A stretch of DNA of 63,945 nt, the filler included, from Craspedostauros australis (taxonomy: Eukaryota), in NCBI GenBank assembly GCA_030167865.1. It is 17 parts of 17 records of this genome, joined end to end, with 100 filler letters (N's around TTAATTAATTAA, not from the genome) between each part and the next. Parts side by side here need not be neighbours in the genome. Positions count along the whole stretch, not along the records: positions 41,773 to 43,216 come from JALAGF010000833.1; positions 43,317 to 44,849 come from JALAGF010000834.1; positions 44,950 to 47,648 come from JALAGF010000836.1; positions 47,749 to 55,557 come from JALAGF010000838.1; 13 more parts are not named here. One strand, given 5' to 3'. The position numbers and the translations under genes were made by a program. Below are positions 41,924 to 52,717 of the stretch, piece after piece (position 1 is the first letter of the stretch; every line of letters begins with the position of its first letter). The notes beneath the pieces were generated by a model. The model had not been told where the DNA came from. It ran no database searches and was given only the letters and a program-made list of their open reading frames with translations.

Positions 41924-42037
41924 GATTCAGAATCAGAATGGAAAAATTCTGAAGTTCTGAAGTTCTGACTCGATTCTGAATCCGTTCTGAAAGTCTGAAT
42001 CCGTTCTGAAATTCTGAATCCGTTCTGAATCGGAGCC
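41924..42037. repeat. Array of TTCTGAA(TCCG) motifs, probably subterminal repeats of a DNA transposon
   Basis: About eight direct TTCTGA(A) copies plus two inverted TCAGAA copies; the array ends at ...GGAGCC beside a gap. Confidence 0.6.
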
Positions 42038-42490
42038 NNNNNNNNNNNNNNNNNNNNNNNNNNNNNNNNNNNNNNNNNNNACGGAAACAGACTGACACGC
42101 GTAACGCTAATATAACGTCTACACAAATTCAAATTATTGCTTCAGCACGAAGTTTGGTTACGCGGGACTCGATTGGAAACGTCATTGGGTTCCATGGGCG
42201 GTCTGTCCGTCGTATTTATCCATGACTAACAAAAGTACCGGACGGTGCAGGGACACCCGGCAAGTCCATTGAAACGTGTGTCATTTGACTCGTTTGACCA
42301 GAGAGATGAATCGAGGCTGTTTAATCGAATTAGTCTTGCCTGAACAATCTGTGTCGTTGCATTCGCTGAAAATGACCTATTAATGTCGTGCCGTTAAGTA
42401 TCTTATTTAACGAGATCGTCTATTGGTGTCCAATGACCGCCGTTGTGACTGTAGCTGTTTAAGTCACGAATCAATGTGATGCACAACTGA

Positions 42491-42685
42491 CAGTGCATTT
42501 AATGCACTGCAAATGCATTTAATGCACTGCAAATGCATTTAATGCACTCCATTTGCATTTTTTGCACTCCAAATGCATTTAATGCACTCAATTTGCATTT
42601 AATGCACTTCAAATGCATTTTTTGAACTCCAAGTGCATTTAATGCACTGCAAATGCATTTTTTGCACACCAAATGCATTTTTTGG
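42491..42685. repeat. 20-bp quasi-palindromic minisatellite (AAATGCATTTAATGCACTGC), ~9.5 units
   Basis: TGCA every 10 bp; read directly. Confidence 0.93.
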
Positions 42686-43095
42686 TGGAAGCACACAGGT
42701 CGCGGGACTCGCTTGAGCTGTTTGTGTGTGGGTTGGCGATTGGTGTGCAGGCCCCAAGAACAGGATTTTTCGCGAAAAGATGGCACGAAGTTCAAGAGCC
42801 GCGCTCGTTGCCGACACGAGCGTTTGAACTGCCGAATCAAGAACTTGAAGACCACGAGCGGCACTGTCCGCCCATGGCCACCAATGCCATGTGCAACCAT
42901 TCGAACCTCTGTGTGTGATTCTCCAATACCAAATGGACAACGGACTCGAGTTGTTTGCTGTGTGGACCCAGCGTGAGCACAAGACCCATTCAGGATACGA
43001 TTGTAACTTCGTTCTGATACATTTTTTCAGCACTGAATTCATCCTATTATGCTGTATTGGGTATTTGCGTGAAGTTATAGACTCCTGAGCCTTAT

Positions 43096-43216
43096 CCCTT
43101 CATGACCTAGGGGATTACTTCGATCCAATATTAATTTCATTCTCACCCCATTCCGTTTTTGACCGCAACTTTTACATGTACCCCTCCACTTTTCTTGTAC
43201 CAACGGAATCCTTGGG
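43096..43216. mobile_element. Putative piggyBac-family terminus
   Basis: TTAT|CCCTTCATGACCTAG matches CTAT|CCCTTCATGACCCAG at 23251; runs into the scaffold end. Confidence 0.55.
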
Positions 43217-43316
43217 NNNNNNNNNNNNNNNNNNNNNNNNNNNNNNNNNNNNNNNNNNNNTTAATTAATTAANNNNNNNNNNNNNNNNNNNNNNNNNNNN
43301 NNNNNNNNNNNNNNNN

Positions 43317-44849
43317 CTGGTCGGAATCCGCTGTATTGGCATCATACGTAACCTCCTCTTCCTCATCGTTTGCAACATCCTTTGTGGGATCGGTTTGGAC
43401 GACCTCAATGACATCATCGTCGTCGTCGTCGTCGTCGGCATCATCATCATCCTTGCTGCTGGATGGAAACTGACCTTCGTACGCCATCTCCATGGTCTCG
43501 TCGGCTTGTTCTGCGGAGAAATCGATGGCAGATACCGAAGCTCTATTTCGCAGCGGTGGCAAAGCCTCCATGCCATCTTGCATCTCCATTTCATCAGTGT
43601 CTTCAAACTGCGCTCCTGCGTCGTCCTCTTCAATTTCTTCGCCGTCATCGTCGTCATATGCGCCGGAATCGTAGGCACCGTCTTCTTCAGCGTACATCGG
43701 TTGGCCCGCGGCATCGACGTAACCGTACTGGCCTTCAACGGCATCGCCGTACTGGTATGTCATTTGCGCAGGTGCCTGTTGCTGAATGTACTCTTGTGGG
43801 AGACCCTGGACCACCATGTCATCGTCGGAGTCGATGATTTCTGTCACTTCGACAATATCATCATCATCATCATCATCGCTAGCAGCAACATGCTGTTGTG
43901 CCTCGCCATCATCGATGTACTCGTCCTCCTGCTCCAACTCGTGCGCAGCTTCAGATCCCTGGACAAGAACATCGTCCACATTAGCGGCAGCCGGCCCATC
44001 GGCTTCTTCCGTCTGTTCTTGTGCCACGTCTGTGGCAAGCACATCCTCGTCGAGTTCTTCTGGTTGCTCGGCACGCTTGATGTACCGGTGAATGTCCAAC
44101 ACGTCGCCATCCAACAAGGAAGGCGGAATGGGGTTGCTGTACACCAGGAAAGCGGTTGCCCACTGATCCAACACCTTCTCTTGCTGGCTGTCGATGATGT
44201 CGTAGGGCGATGCCGGCTTGAAAGGAGGCTGCGGCGGTCCCTCTCGGCGCGTGTGCTTCCAGTCAATATCGATGTACGACATGATTCCACGCACGGTCGT
44301 CGTCTTGATGCACTGGCAGCACATGCGCAAGGCGGTCTTCTGCGCAGCAAGGAGGACGTTGTTCTTCTCTTCCTCTGTCGCGTTGGGGTTCTCCCATACG
44401 TCCCGCACGACATCCGTCAAGTAGGCCTCCATGAACCGAAATCCGTAGCTGCCCAGGTTGGTGGCCATGATGTCGAGCACGAATTTGCGCTTGGATTTCG
44501 CCTTGGTTTTGATGTAGGGCATTGGAGCCAAGTCACGCGCGTCGTGCCCATCGACGAAGATGTGGCCGTAGTATTCGAGGATGTCCCAGATGTGCGCCCA
44601 GCATCGTTCGTGCACGGCAACATCGATTCTGAGCTCGCAGATGCGCTTCGCCGCCATGACGGCCTTGTCGAGCTCATGACTCGCGACGAGCAGAGCGTGG
44701 TGGACGATGATGCCGGAATACTTCTCGAACAGCTCCGGCGGTATCTTCTCGACTGTCTGTATCGAGTACGGAGACTGCTCACCATCGTCTCCTTCAGCGT
44801 CATCTGCATCTCCGGCAGTGAGGCGTTTGCGGTTGTTGGTGGCACGTTG
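43317..44849 (-). CDS. Internal fragment of a large hypothetical protein with a very acidic region
   Basis: The frame is open across the whole scaffold (511 codons) with host-like codon bias; no recognised domain. Confidence 0.75.
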
Positions 44850-44949
44850 NNNNNNNNNNNNNNNNNNNNNNNNNNNNNNNNNNNNNNNNNNNNTTAATTA
44901 ATTAANNNNNNNNNNNNNNNNNNNNNNNNNNNNNNNNNNNNNNNNNNNN

Positions 44950-45204
44950 ACGATTCTGCAGCTCCAGTATTATCGTAGCCTCTTCAGGCTGTTCCTCTCA
45001 TATTGCTCAGAAAGAGCGACGAGTCAGTGATAAACCAAACTCTCCTACTGGGAAAAGGCATGGAATTAGAAGTAAACAACGGATTATGAGCTCAAGGCAC
45101 GAGCCATTTACCTCTCATGTGGTCTCTACTCTGCTGCGTACGATTCAGCTGCAAGTGCCCAGTCTAACGCTCAAATAACCGGTAATAACGTCCGTATCTG
45201 CTTG
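44950..45204. repeat. 255-bp element end, identical to 47749-48003
   Basis: Base-for-base identical; identity stops sharply after ...GTATCTGCTTG. Confidence 0.95.
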
Positions 45205-45579
45205 CAAAAACACTAAAACCCGAACGCGGATTCTCATTCTTGACACACGCAGAAACGCACTCAAATACCCAACAAAACCTGAGACTTCGCCAACATCGAA
45301 GAGAGGGCAAAGCAAAACCTGAGAATGGTGGATGACCATCGTTTCATCTCTCGAGTGCTGTTCTATTCCCATCATGTCAACAACACACGAGCGCAACCAC
45401 GAGAATGTACGAGTATGATCATGAAAATGTGCATCCACCGATTCAGCAGCAATGGGCTTAGCCATTGATCCTGTCATAATCCTGTCATAATCCTGTGTCC
45501 AACCAACAAACCAACCAATCAAGGCCAAAACCACGAACACCAACACGATCGCAAACACCAACACAAAGGATCCACCACC

Positions 45580-47139
45580 ATGAGCCATCTCGCTTCCCTC
45601 ATCCCGAAAGCAAAGGGATTGACGATGGCGATGCTTGTGACGACGATGATCAGGATCAGGATGAACCCAGTCATGGCATTCATTGCCCCAAACATGTGGT
45701 TGTCGCCGTCCTCCGCCTCCCGCTCCATCGCTCCGACGTCTTCCGCATCATCTCCCTTGTCATCACCAACGCCAACGAACCATCGCATTCTCCTCCATCA
45801 ACACCAACTACAGCTGCAACAGCAACAGCATCAACGCCGAACGTTCCATGGTTCCGGTTTTTGCCTGTCACTGGCCACTGGAGATGGAACCAAAGGGAAC
45901 CCCGACAACGATGCCGAGATTCGTGACACCAACGACGAAACAGATGAGGCACAAGCCGCACCCACCATTCCAACGGATATCAGCAAGTATGAGAGCACCT
46001 TCAAAGGTTACAAATTCTGGCAACACAATACCAGCGATGAAGATGTCAAGGACATGCTCAATTGGAGTGTGTTGGGGTCGAGAGATCCCACGGGCGCACT
46101 TTGGGACCCGTTGATTGCGACCAGGAAGGAGATCATCGAAGTTGTAAAGGATGGTTTGTCCACACCCTCCTTATTGCAGAGTTTCTCAAGTGGGTGGCAG
46201 CTTTCTGATGAGACAAACCCAATGATACAATGGATCGCCGACGACACACTCGTCCAACGTACATATGACAGCTCGCGGTACAGACGTACAGACGACAGCC
46301 CGCGGTACATCAACGCGGACTACGTCTGGGGGCGCATCAAGGGCCTGCACATGGCATGTGATGACGAAAAGACGCTCCACGAGTCCATCCTATATTTTCT
46401 CAGCGTATTTCAGATTTCACACGTTAACACGGTCTTGCATGACTGCGACTATCGCTGTCCGTCATTCTTCATGGGCAATCCGAAGTTTCATCACAACGGA
46501 ATTGATGGTCGGCAGCCAGAAAAGGTCTTCCTCCGCCGACTTGGCATGTACGGGTTGCTGTACAATGTCTTCGTCTACACAACAGGAAACGGTAGCGGCA
46601 GGACAACTGAGCTTGCTGCGAGTGCGACCTTGCGAGATTGCGTCATCAGCATCGTCACTACCGCAGACAAGGACATATCTTCGGATTCTGGCTATCGGGA
46701 ACGATCAGATGAATGTGACGAGAAGCTCAAGGCTCTTTTGGATGAAGTTATCGAAGAAGATCCAAAGGCTCTCCGCGTCATGATCGAAGCGATGAATAAC
46801 TGGATGGAGCCCAGAGCAAGCGATGGATCTCAAGGAAGACCTGAGCCTGTTCGAATCCTGTTCTGTATTGACGACGCGCGTGACTGCCCAATCCTGGTAA
46901 AGACGATCATCGACGACATGACATACAAAGGAAGAACGGTGGGAAGGTACATCGCGAGCGGATGCGATGGCAAGCTGGGAGAGGATTGCAAGACAGAGCG
47001 AGAGATTGAGGTCGTCTTCTCTGTGGTTGGCACAGGCCAATACGGAACGTCCATCGGATCCCTCCCTTCAGATTATGATTGTTTGAGCCCCAGTGGTTAC
47101 ACGTTGAACAAGACGTCGTCGGATACGTTGTCAGACTAG
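45580..47139 (+). CDS. Hypothetical protein with degenerate P-loop NTPase motifs (519 aa, possibly truncated)
   Basis: VFVYTTGNGSGRTT (Walker A-like), ILFCIDDA (Walker B-like), VFSVVGTG; Ser/Arg-rich N-terminus. Confidence 0.6.
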   Translation: MSHLASLIPKAKGLTMAMLVTTMIRIRMNPVMAFIAPNMWLSPSSASRSIAPTSSASSPLSSPTPTNHRILLHQHQLQLQQQQHQRRTFHGSGFCLSLATGDGTKGNPDNDAEIRDTNDETDEAQAAPTIPTDISKYESTFKGYKFWQHNTSDEDVKDMLNWSVLGSRDPTGALWDPLIATRKEIIEVVKDGLSTPSLLQSFSSGWQLSDETNPMIQWIADDTLVQRTYDSSRYRRTDDSPRYINADYVWGRIKGLHMACDDEKTLHESILYFLSVFQISHVNTVLHDCDYRCPSFFMGNPKFHHNGIDGRQPEKVFLRRLGMYGLLYNVFVYTTGNGSGRTTELAASATLRDCVISIVTTADKDISSDSGYRERSDECDEKLKALLDEVIEEDPKALRVMIEAMNNWMEPRASDGSQGRPEPVRILFCIDDARDCPILVKTIIDDMTYKGRTVGRYIASGCDGKLGEDCKTEREIEVVFSVVGTGQYGTSIGSLPSDYDCLSPSGYTLNKTSSDTLSD

Positions 47140-47748
47140 TGTATGTCACCCTTCTCTGTGCTCTTGGGTACCCTTTCCCAAGCAAAGGTCAAGGATCCGG
47201 TCAAGACTGGGAATGTACTCGCTGCGGAGCGATGGCACTGAAGACCCAGAAAGAGTCGTCGCAACCACTCGACTCAAGCAACAAGGACAACCATAAGAAC
47301 TCTAGAGAGCACTTGCACCCAGTTTAGTTTGTGTTGCTGCTTTCGCTGCGATCATTTGCCTTGGACACGATACCATACATATTATCTATGTCTCTTTCAT
47401 TTGCTGCACCGTCTTCCGATTCCAGCACCACCTATCAATCGATCGTTCGATCATTCCTGAAGGCGTTCCTTGGCCCTCATCACCTCCGTCTCCCAATTGA
47501 TACCGAATACGACGACAGTTCCGAACAGGAACATGTGGAGCCATGTACCAACCGTCGTACCAGTCAGAAGGCCAACTACGCCGCAGAAATAGTCATCTTC
47601 GCATGTCATGTCCCCATCATTGCGCACGAATGCGTTGTAGTAGGCCAANNNNNNNNNNNNNNNNNNNNNNNNNNNNNNNNNNNNNNNNNNNNTTAATTAA
47701 TTAANNNNNNNNNNNNNNNNNNNNNNNNNNNNNNNNNNNNNNNNNNNN

Positions 47749-48003
47749 ACGATTCTGCAGCTCCAGTATTATCGTAGCCTCTTCAGGCTGTTCCTCTCAT
47801 ATTGCTCAGAAAGAGCGACGAGTCAGTGATAAACCAAACTCTCCTACTGGGAAAAGGCATGGAATTAGAAGTAAACAACGGATTATGAGCTCAAGGCACG
47901 AGCCATTTACCTCTCATGTGGTCTCTACTCTGCTGCGTACGATTCAGCTGCAAGTGCCCAGTCTAACGCTCAAATAACCGGTAATAACGTCCGTATCTGC
48001 TTG
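47749..48003. repeat. Second copy of the 255-bp element end
   Basis: Identical to 44950-45204 with a different right flank. Confidence 0.95.
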
Positions 48004-48349
48004 TCAGTACGCAAACTTCAACAACGGCGTCAAGGAGGCGTTGCTTTGTTGCCAACGCCCACATGTGAATCAGCATCCAGATCGCGTTGGAGCTGCGGCC
48101 TCGCTGCAACAAGAGGCGCTCTCCATAGCAGTTGCTATGCACAACAGTGGAGACTCACATTCAATTCCATCGAAGTGGAGCGAAACGAAGGGAATCGAAA
48201 GAAGGGAGGTCGACTATTATACTACACGAGCCCGCAGTAGCATCCACTGCATTGCCCTCTGGCTGGACAGCAATTGCGAGCATTCTCTCTCTCTCTCTCT
48301 CTCTTTCCATTGGTAGAGAGAGCACCATACTCCGCAAGTGTTGACAACC

Positions 48350-50149
48350 ATGGCAGGTTCATTGCTGGAGGATGAATTCCCGCTGATCCTGGTGTCTGGC
48401 ATCGCGATTGCCGTGGACGTCGTCTTTTCCAACGAGAAGCACCGTGATCGGCTCTGCTTCCAGCTCCTCTTCTGGCTGGTGGCCGCTCTGGATCAGCAGA
48501 TGACACAAGCCGCTGCTGAAGCTGAAGCTGCTGCTGACCAGGATGCCTCCAACGCCAACGCAGCAACGTCATCGCAGTTCGCTCTGCTCGCGACCATCTG
48601 GATCCATCTCATCCTCACCTGCAACATCCTCCACATCCTGCTGCGGCACATCAAGCAGACGATGAACGCCGCCATGGAACAGGCCCACCCGATGCTGTCG
48701 TGGACGCTGAACAACCATCTGCGCCTCTCGTGGATCCGCTTTCTGGCGCCGTCGGCATGGGTGGCATTGCTGGGATTGTGCATCGAGCATGCCGTCTTTG
48801 GCAATGCGGGTCTCTTTGGCCATCGCGGCCTCATGTCCATCGTCGTCTTCCTCCTCATCTGGTTGCATCTCATCTACTTGGAACGCACGTTGGCCACGCC
48901 ACGCGCCGCGTCCGGCGACACGCACGGTTCCGCGCGCATCGTGTCGACGAGCTGGTGGATGCCCGTCGAGAGTCCGCGGTACGCCGCCGCGTTTGATGCG
49001 GTGGCCGCACAGATCGATGAAGGTCGTTGGTACGATTGGAGCAACAAGGACGTGCTGCAATGGATCGCCACCAAAGCAACGCAGAAGCCGGTCGATACGG
49101 CGCCGACGAATCCCAGGGATACCAAGGACGAGAGCGACGAGTCGGAGCAGCTCGCCATGAATATCGTCCTGGAGAAGTTGTCGTACCATTCCATCACGGG
49201 ATCCACGTTGCATCATCTGCGCAGCTGGCAGATGTCCATGCAGTATCTGGGCATTCCGCACGGACCTGCCGTGTCGTTGTCCAAGAAGGTTCGCGAACTG
49301 ATGCTGAAGCATCCGTCGCCTCATGGCGATGTCGAGGGCCAGGCTACCAGCACAGGCATTGAAGTTACCCAGTCCTTCCACGACAGTATGGATCCTGCAA
49401 ACGAACAAGGCATGCCACAAGCAACTACGCCGTCGAATGGCGCAGGCAACGATGCCAACTATTCATCTTACATGATGCAACAAGATCCGCGCTATCATAC
49501 TCGCACAGGTGATGGCCAACCGCTGCCTTTGACGGAATCTGAGATGTCGAAAGAGCAACAGCAACGCGTGCAATCAATCATGAAGAACAAGTTTGGCATC
49601 GAGCTGCCACCGATTCGCAGCAGCAGCTCCATGAGCGACCACCCCCTTTCGGATGCAGACACGACACCCAAAACGTACACGCTCTCGGATCCCGAATTGC
49701 CCAGACTGCGGCCTCAGGATCTGCAACAAGTCATCACGCAGAAACCACCCAACGCCGATTCGGAATTGGCCAAAGAAGCATCGTACGCCGAACACCCGCT
49801 CACCACAACCCCGCTGCCGCATATCCCCGGTGTGCCGCCCGATATGCTGCAGCAAATGCCCAGCAACATCCAGGCCATCGCGGCGCGCAATCCGGAGCTC
49901 GTGCGCAAGTTGATGACGCAGCGATCCGAAATACTCAACGTGACGCCGCAACGACCGCAGCCGATGATTCAAGATATCAGTCCACCCAGTTCGGCCGACA
50001 CGAACCGCACGTCGTTGTTGAAGCGGCGGCCTGCGGGACAGAGTGTGCGACGTGCGGCAGCGGACGTATCGACGTACGGTGCCGTGAATCCAAACAGAAA
50101 TGCACCTGATAACGAGTCTGGTCCATTCGGAGCGCATCACATGGTATAG
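48350..50149 (+). CDS. Multi-pass membrane protein with a SAM domain (599 aa)
   Basis: Four to five hydrophobic N-terminal segments; WSNKDVLQWI...LEKL..HSITGSTL..L...LGIPHGPA..L...V..L matches the SAM consensus; Pro/Gln-rich tail. Confidence 0.72.
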   Translation: MAGSLLEDEFPLILVSGIAIAVDVVFSNEKHRDRLCFQLLFWLVAALDQQMTQAAAEAEAAADQDASNANAATSSQFALLATIWIHLILTCNILHILLRHIKQTMNAAMEQAHPMLSWTLNNHLRLSWIRFLAPSAWVALLGLCIEHAVFGNAGLFGHRGLMSIVVFLLIWLHLIYLERTLATPRAASGDTHGSARIVSTSWWMPVESPRYAAAFDAVAAQIDEGRWYDWSNKDVLQWIATKATQKPVDTAPTNPRDTKDESDESEQLAMNIVLEKLSYHSITGSTLHHLRSWQMSMQYLGIPHGPAVSLSKKVRELMLKHPSPHGDVEGQATSTGIEVTQSFHDSMDPANEQGMPQATTPSNGAGNDANYSSYMMQQDPRYHTRTGDGQPLPLTESEMSKEQQQRVQSIMKNKFGIELPPIRSSSSMSDHPLSDADTTPKTYTLSDPELPRLRPQDLQQVITQKPPNADSELAKEASYAEHPLTTTPLPHIPGVPPDMLQQMPSNIQAIAARNPELVRKLMTQRSEILNVTPQRPQPMIQDISPPSSADTNRTSLLKRRPAGQSVRRAAADVSTYGAVNPNRNAPDNESGPFGAHHMV

Positions 50150-50341
50150 AGCGGAATGCTGTTCTGGAATGGAATCGTCATATTTTGTTGTGGACTACTG
50201 TTAAGCTAAGAGAAGCAGTTTGTGGCACAATCGCATTCATTGGAATTGAGTCTCCAGCATTGCTGCAACTCTGTGTGGATCTGCGCTGATACCCACATGT
50301 GCATCAACACCATCCGAAAGATGCAATCGCCGCCATCGCAT

Positions 50342-51290
50342 TTATTGCATGGACAATTCTTTCAATTCGGCCAACTCCGCAAGCGTCGCGTCGCTATGAA
50401 ATGCCTGCTCCAACAAATCCACGAGAAAGAGCTGAAACGGATTCGTCGGAAACACAATGCCACTGACGGCGAGACCGGTGGCGCCCACGAACAAGGCCCA
50501 ACCCTGCAAAAATTTGCTGCGTCCCTGCGTCACAGATGTTCGGAATGCCGCCGTATCGAACTGGCGCCCGTCTCTCCATTTTGCAATGGTGGTCTCGGCC
50601 ACTTCGCGCTCAATGAAGGCGCCGCCGCCGGCCAAGGCGACGAAGATGGTATCGGCCACGGGCGTGTCGTCCTTGACGATGCTGTAGAAATCTTTGAGCG
50701 ACAGCCATTTCTCGACGCAGTTGGATGCCGACTCATCGTAGTTGGGCTTCAGTTGGACTGGCTTTTCATTGGCGCTGGACGTGCGGTTTGATTGTGTGCG
50801 TGTGTGTGCGTATGTGTGAATGGAGTGGATAGAGTAGAGGATTGAAATGGACAGCAGAATACATGAGCATGTTGCATCAGTGTGGAGTCCAAGGCCAATG
50901 GAGCACAAACGAATGACCTCTACCACCAACACCACCAACAACAACATCAGCAACAACAACAACAGCAGCTCAGCACTGCTTAATATAATACAACACCACT
51001 CACCCTCCAAACGCCCAATGCCGTGGACGCGTGTTGCCACGACGCTTGGCCGGCTTGTTCCATCCCAAATCCTTGATGGAACGGATCTTCTTGGCGGCCA
51101 ATTGCGCTGCATCGTCTTCGCAGTTGGCCAGCAATCCTGCCTTGAAGAGGGTATCCGCATTGTCCTCCGTGGAGGATGCCTTCAGCGCGAAGGACTGTCG
51201 TTGCGTGCCAACAGATGGAATTGCGAATGCGTCAGCGACATTGGCAGTCAACGCCGCTGCCAACGTGAGGAAGATGGTTGTCAGTTGCAT
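50342..51290 (-). CDS. Plastid-targeted hypothetical membrane protein; exons 51290-51004 and 50774-50342; 239 aa
   Basis: Signal peptide plus ADAF motif. A phase-2 GTGAGT...CAG intron joins the two ORFs in frame. One C-terminal TM helix. Confidence 0.8.
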
Positions 51291-52545
51291 GGTGATACGG
51301 GATGCGATGGTATGTACTCGAAGAGAAGTTGTGATCCTGTTGTCGATTCTTTTGAAAAGGGGAGGAGGTTGTGCAACATCATTGTGTGCTCGATGGTTGT
51401 AGTCTGTGTGTTGTCGTCAAATGCCGAAGATCCGAATCCTTTTTGCGGAGGTGCGTCAGACCTCTTGGACACCTCAACGTTCCGTCGGCTCGTGTCTACA
51501 CGTTTAGTGTAGATTGGTGCTACGCAACGAAACGATCTGTCGTGAAGCCTCACATGGTCTAATGGCACAGGAAAAACAATGAAGATATTGGTTATTGACA
51601 GAGGAGAGGGAGCCAAACATTGGTCGCAGAACGGCACACAATGAATGAGGCGGCTTGAAATGCAAAAAAGGAGTACTCTATTTGCTCTAGCAGAGAGTCC
51701 ACGTAGAGTATTGGACGCATGTGCTGTCGACGCAAAAAGTGGTCACAGAGCAAAAAGGGGTAGATCAGACCTGGCTGGCAAACAATCGCGGTTTTGATGA
51801 TGAGTTTGCTGCTGTCTGACGACGGGTTGCGCAAGAGCGCAACCCGAACTCCAACCAGGCCCGACCTGTCAGTTCCACTACATTTCTAATTCATATACTC
51901 TGCTCGGATCTGTTGCGTTCGACCCCGCTCAGGTTTAGTGGAGGAGTCAAGTTGACTTGCTCGTAGAGTGCTCGATGAAATTAGATTGGCGAATGAAATG
52001 GTTGTTGAGTCAAGAGTTCTGAGTCGTGGCGCGAGTACGCCTCTCTAGATAGTATACATGAATGTAGGCATTCCCATTGTCAACCAAATCATCATCACAG
52101 TGAACACACACACATGTGTTTCCAGAGATCATACATGCAATAGATGTGATCGTAAGAATAAGAGAGAGATTTCTCGCAATGAAGGATCAAGAGCACGTCT
52201 CACTTGCATTGTTCTTGCGTTGCAGGATGTTCAAGTTCACTCTCTATCCGTACTCGTTGACTGTTATCTGAGACACGGTCGTGTGTGGAAATGGTTGTTG
52301 AACAAGAGTGACGTTTGTTTGGACATCAACAATGTGATTTTCCACGTTCTTTGGATCTTCCGAACAAACACAACACACACTTTGTTCTCTCTTCTGTCTC
52401 TTCATTCGTTCTTCTGTTTCTGACACATCAACTGTTCCAACCACGAACATTCCCAAACATAGGTACACAAAGCACCATAGATCGTATTCTACGAGTGCAA
52501 GACAACACCAAACAAGGCATCATCTTGCTTCCACATCATCGCACC

Positions 52546-52717
52546 ATGACTTCGCACACACTGGTGCGAACCAACCTGATCCTGGTGTCCGTACTTGTAC
52601 TTGTGCTCCTGCCGATCGCATTGGTGACATCATTCCACACCCCATCACCAATCATCAACAACAACTACCAACAATCACAGTTGCAGTTGCAGCCACAATC
52701 ACAATCACAGTACTCTC
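52546..52717 (+). pseudogene. 5' end of a putative secreted or plastid-targeted protein gene, interrupted by Copia element 2
   Basis: MTSHTLVRTNLILVSVLVLVLLPIALVTS-FHTPS: signal peptide, Phe at +1 and a Q/S/N-rich transit-like stretch that ends at the LTR TG. Confidence 0.55.

Noticed and set aside
41924..42037. TTC/GAA array as heat-shock elements
   Set aside because: Spacing is TTCnGAA, not the canonical TTCnnGAA.
43395..44897. 500-aa + strand ORF
   Set aside because: Antisense shadow of the acidic minus-strand CDS.
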